From: Octopus bimaculoides
Lineage: Eukaryota
Assembly: GCF_001194135.2 (NCBI RefSeq)
Contig: NC_068997.1
Span: forward strand, 48,958,780-49,008,803
Length of the DNA stretch: 50,024 nucleotides
Direction of reading: 5' to 3'
Shown piece by piece: positions 45,415 through 50,024 of this stretch; position 1 is the stretch's first letter; every line of letters begins with the position of its first letter. The position numbers were made by a program, and so were the translations under genes. The notes under the pieces are model-generated. The model had not been told where the DNA came from, ran no database searches, and was given only the letters and a program-made list of their open reading frames with translations.

Positions 45415-45560
45415 ATTATTTCAGTCGAACTTCATTAATATCACCGATAAATAAATACTTCTAAATTGTTAAACACAAATATCTGGGTGAACGTATTTGT
45501 ATTAATGACTGTTGCCTCTCAGCCCACGCAAACACAACACATCAATGACAACATGAAAAG
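45415..45560 (-). other. Candidate non-coding first exon of HELLS (5' boundary approximate)
   Basis: Consensus AT|GTAAGT donor at 45415/45414, just downstream of a CpG-containing promoter-like stretch; the first coding exon has its own acceptor, so an upstream exon is required. Confidence 0.45.
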
Positions 45561-45571
45561 GCACGCTAGAT

Positions 45572-45583
45572 TTTCGCGCCAAA
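45572..45583. promoter_or_regulatory. E2F palindromic site TTTCGCGCCAAA
   Basis: Exact match to the classical overlapping double E2F element described for the DHFR promoter, positioned at the predicted HELLS 5' end. Confidence 0.6.
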
Positions 45584-46828
45584 TCGCTGGGACCTAACGG
45601 TGCTAGTGCATCTTTGTTCCGTGCAGAAATGTCATCCAGGCAACCGGTTGTTATGTATTAGTTTTCTGTTATAAACTTTTTATTTATAGTTTCGATCATG
45701 TGTATTAATTCATATACTTCATATAAAACGTTTGTTAGATTACATCATGTTATTTCTTCTAATAAAAGCTCGTTGCGTTTGGCTTTATTTAGACAACAGG
45801 ATGTGTTTATGGTCATGTGATATAATTGGTCGATCTTGATAGTTTGAAAAAGTAATTAGTTTCTGAACGGTTACCGAGCGTTTTATTGTTTTGTAAACCC
45901 GATCGAACGCTTGTACAGATGATCTCGATAAAAACATCGAATAGTGTCGGCGAAAGGGAAAGATTTTTCAAAAGACAGATAATAAATGTTTGACTTCAGC
46001 TGTCGGCATCGTGTTATTTTATTAAATTATGCAGTTAACTTTTATCGTAGACTATACATTGGCTGACTAATTTTTTTCTTCTTTCCATTTCAGGTCAGTA
46101 ACCTATTAATTATTTAGCGTTCTTTGGTTTTATGATGCTACCTGGAACCTTATATTATAGGCTTTATTTTCCTTTTATATTATATATTTTAGAAATATTG
46201 CATTTCTAAATCTCTCAGAGAGACTTATACAGTAGCAGCATGATAAAGTGGTGGTTTGTTGCCAACTTAATGAGGGAGTCCCAGGAAAAGGAAGAATGTG
46301 CTACTGCTATTTAACCCCAGGAAACATCGTTTCCAGTTGGCTATGTGACACAAGCGTTCTGTGTCACTGTCACATAGCCAACTGGAAACAGTGTTTCCTG
46401 GGGTTAAATAACAGTAGCATCTTCCCTTGTTGGCAACAAACCATCACATTATATATTTTATTTTCAGTTTTTTTTTTTTTCAAAATTTTATTCGGACATT
46501 TACGTTTTCAAAAATGAACATCACGATTTAAAAACACAAAAACAAAAAAATGAGGAGGAGAGAAAAAATGTTCCTGTTTATCTTTCTCTTCCTTTTCCTT
46601 CTACCAAGATTTTGATTTTAACTTCCAAAAGTTTTGAGAGGATTCCACGCTTAAAATTAGAGATCGCGGTCGATTCTGAAGAAAATTTGCTTACCATTTT
46701 TTTTTTCTCTTTTTATCAAAATACTTATGGTGATAACCTTTTACTTGTTTCAGTCATTGGACTGTGGCCATGCAGGAGCATCGCCTTGGAGGGCTAAATT
46801 TCGAACCCAACTTTTTATTTGAATAATG

Positions 46829-47200
46829 GGCACTGTCATGGTATTAGCTGTCAGAAATGAAAGTAGAAAAATCCAAACAAGGAATGTTACTGTTGGTTTG
46901 AGTTGAAATCTGTTTCTTTGGCTACTGACTGGCCGGAGCTATCTGTCTGTCTCTCTCTCTATCTATCTAGTGAAGCTAGCATGATGGAAGTAGCCAAACA
47001 GTTTTTTTTTCTAATTTGATAAATTCTACGGAAACAAACGAAGGTGGACGAGTGATAGAGAGATAGTCAGACAGATAGATAGATAGATAGTTCCGGCCAG
47101 TCAGTAGCCAAATTAACAGATTTCAACTCAAACCAGCAGTAACATTCCTTGTTTAGATTTTTCTACTTTCGCTTCTGACAGCTAATACCATGACAGTGCC
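46829..47200. mobile_element. 372-bp foldback MITE with an 8-bp TSD
   Basis: About 130-bp inverted arms starting GGCACTGTC; gaataatg on both sides. Confidence 0.85.
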
Positions 47201-50024
47201 GAATAATGGGCACTCTGTTCTTATTCCTAAGGTATTCTTTTTTTGTTGTTGTTGTTTTTTTTTTGTTTTTTGTTTGCTGATGTTATCTTTTATTGATATT
47301 GTTTCTCAAGTTTCTGCCTGCGACTGAACGCGGGCTACTAACCCTCGGATTCTGAGTTCAATCTCAGGTAGGAGCTTGAGAAATAATATTAACAAAAAAT
47401 AACATCAGCAAGAAAAAAAAAACTTTAGGAAAGATAACAGAGTACTCCATTAGTCAAAGTTGGGTTCGAAATTCCACCAGAACACTTGAAGGCTGGAGAG
47501 TAAATCAGCTGAAACGTTTTTGTAACAACTAAGTGAGGACATCTATCCGTCCATTGTAAATAATGTACATAATTCCTCATCTTAAAAAATATAGAATAGT
47601 ACCGATATTTGTGAGACTCTACACCAGGAATGTGGCAGCGGTGTCTGGAAAGGGCATTGCCCAGGCTCCTAGCACCTTTGCCAGGGATGTTAAAATATTG
47701 ATTTCAAATTTTGGCACGGGACCAGCAATTTGGGAGAGGGACTTAGTAGATTACACCGACCTCAGTGTTCAACTGGTGCTTATTTTATTGACCCTCGAAA
47801 GATAAAAGGTAAAATCGACCGCGGTCGAGTTTGAACTCAGAACGTGAAGACAGACGAAATACTGCAAAAGCATCTTGCCCGGCGTGCTAACAATTCTGCC
47901 ACCTCGCCGCCTTATGAAGGGTTAAATATCATCTTAATGTGACCCTATTTATTCCATGATTGTGATTTTATTTACGTCGAAGTTACAGTTTTTCATGAAA
48001 TATTTTTGTAGTAAACCTGGCTAATTTCTCGCTGTAATACGTTTGTTCGTCATAAATTTGTTAGATATAAATTAACTGTTGTTACGTACTGCAAACAATA
48101 CTTTTGTTAACTGTGCACTTGGTTTCATCTCGCTTTTATCTTGAGTAAAATCTATCCATTCATACATATATACTATCTGTGCATTCGATCGTATTTCAAT
48201 ACACAAAGCAGAGTCGGTGATTTTTACAATTGGATGAGCATGTTATATACGATCGATGCATTCGATGGGTTTTTTTTTTTCATCTTCTTTTCAATAGATA
48301 TCACTCACTTTTTCTATTGACTACTGAACATCGTACATTAACTTGTCGTTTAAAAAAATGTCAAATATCGCTTTTCCATAAATAAGTAATTTTGCAATAT
48401 TTTTATTGATTTGGATTACATTATTAAGTAGCATCATGAAGAAGAAGAAGAAGAAGAAGAAGAAGAAGACGGCGAGTTGATAGAATCGTTAGAACACCAG
48501 TCGAAATGCTTACGGTATTTCGTCTGCCACTAGTTCAAATTCCGCCGAGGTCGACTTTGCTTTTCATCCTATCGGGGTCGATAAATTAATTACCAGTTGA
48601 GTACTAGGGTCAGTGTAATCGACTTAATCCTTTCTCCCAATTTGAGGCCTTGTGCTTCCAGTAGAAATTATTATTATTATTGAGTGAGAGAGCAGTGCAT
48701 GCCATCAAAGTGACACTGGGGTAAAATATACGAAGCCCAGTATACCCATCATGACTACCCGTCTGATAAGGGTAAACCAGGCACATGCATCACAACCACA
48801 TGTGCACGACATGGTGATCTCATATCAAGATAAACAGTGCATGACCTCGCAGGTGGGGGCCCAGTTAGAATTTTCTTCAGGTCGAGTAGACCATCCCGTT
48901 CAAAAGGTCCCTGAATAAGGTTTCTTGGTACAGCAGGGTTCGCCACCATCCCCTGCCGGAGCCTCGTGGCGCTTTAGTTGTTTTCGCTCAATAAACACTC
49001 ACAACGCCCGGTGTGGGAATCGAAACCGCGATCCTACGACCGCGAGTCCGCTGCCCCTAACCACTGGGCCATTGCGCCTCAGAACTCTGTAAACGGAGAC
49101 AAAAGCGAAGTCTCCAGAAATTGAATTTAGAGTTATCTCCCTTAACGTTTACACTTAATTTGACGCAGGTAAACCAGATCAGATCAACTCCGCTGTTATG
49201 TAAGTACCGATGCATTTTTACATTATCATCTTACTGGATTATCATTTCTGTATTCTGTACCATTTTAAACACTCAACTAAACACAGATCTACCCTCAGAT
49301 TTTCTCAATTTTATAATCCTTTTGCAATTTTTGGTAATTTGCTTTAAAGCAACGGTCTCATTAGGAATTACTCGATTGCAATGTTATTATTTTGACACCG
49401 ACTAGACTATCTCAGCTGTGATCTTTATCAGAAATAGTGTGTCTAGGACAAAATTATCTAGTCTAGCATATTATTAAGACAATGGGATGATGTGTGAGTG
49501 TATGTATTTGTTTTAAGAGGGATTTTTTTTTGTGTGTGTGGAAGCAAGTACCTTGACCTCCCAATATGTTGCAAACTCTTTCTTTTTGTTCGGAAAAAGG
49601 ATGCGGAGTAACCGTACCCCATCCCCATATACCAGAATCATTACTCTTTTACTTGTTTCAGTCATTTGACTGCGGCCATGCTGGAGCACAGCTTTTAGTC
49701 GAGCAAATCGACCCCAGGACTTATTCTTTGGAAGCCTAGTACTTATCCTATCGGTCTCTTTTTGCCGAACCGCTAAATTACGGGGCCCTAAACATACCAG
49801 CATCGGTTGTCAAGCGATGTTGGGGGACAAACACAGACACACAAACACACACATACACACATATATATATACATATATACGACGGGCTTCTTTCAGTTTC
49901 CGTCTACCAAATCCACTCACAAGGTTTTGGTCAGCCCGGGGCTATCGTAGAAGACACTTGCCCAAGGTGCCACGCAGTGGGACTGAACCCGGAACCATGT
50001 GGCTGGTATGCTAGCTACTTACCA

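Overview
AT-rich, intron-rich animal genomic DNA, not prokaryotic. It is packed with tRNA-derived SINEs, mariner/Tc1 relics and microsatellites, and has four N-gaps. The repeat content looks to me like an Octopus (coleoid cephalopod) assembly; this is inference from recalled repeat families. I reconstructed two minus-strand loci by hand from splice sites and intron phases. (1) A complete HELLS/LSH (SNF2-family helicase) gene at 21753-41872: 20 coding exons, 2865 nt, 954 aa plus stop, every junction phase-consistent. It has one GC-AG intron, a DEGQ variant of motif II, a candidate extra 60-nt exon, a candidate non-coding first exon and a perfect E2F palindrome at 45572-45583. (2) An unnamed PAN/apple-domain locus at 497-6704, built from a duplicated four-exon cassette (A 261 nt, B 231 nt, D 87/90 nt, His-rich terminal C). 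The A exons look far more diverged than their flanking introns. A candidate signal-peptide exon (16534-16681) and a second duplicated 56-nt exon (12433-12488 and 18984-19039) lie upstream and may belong to it. R4/Dong-like retrotransposon fragments sit in (AAT)n arrays at 8.8-12.2 kb. Most entries in the six-frame ORF track are repeat or microsatellite artefacts. No database search was possible; family assignments rest on recalled motifs.
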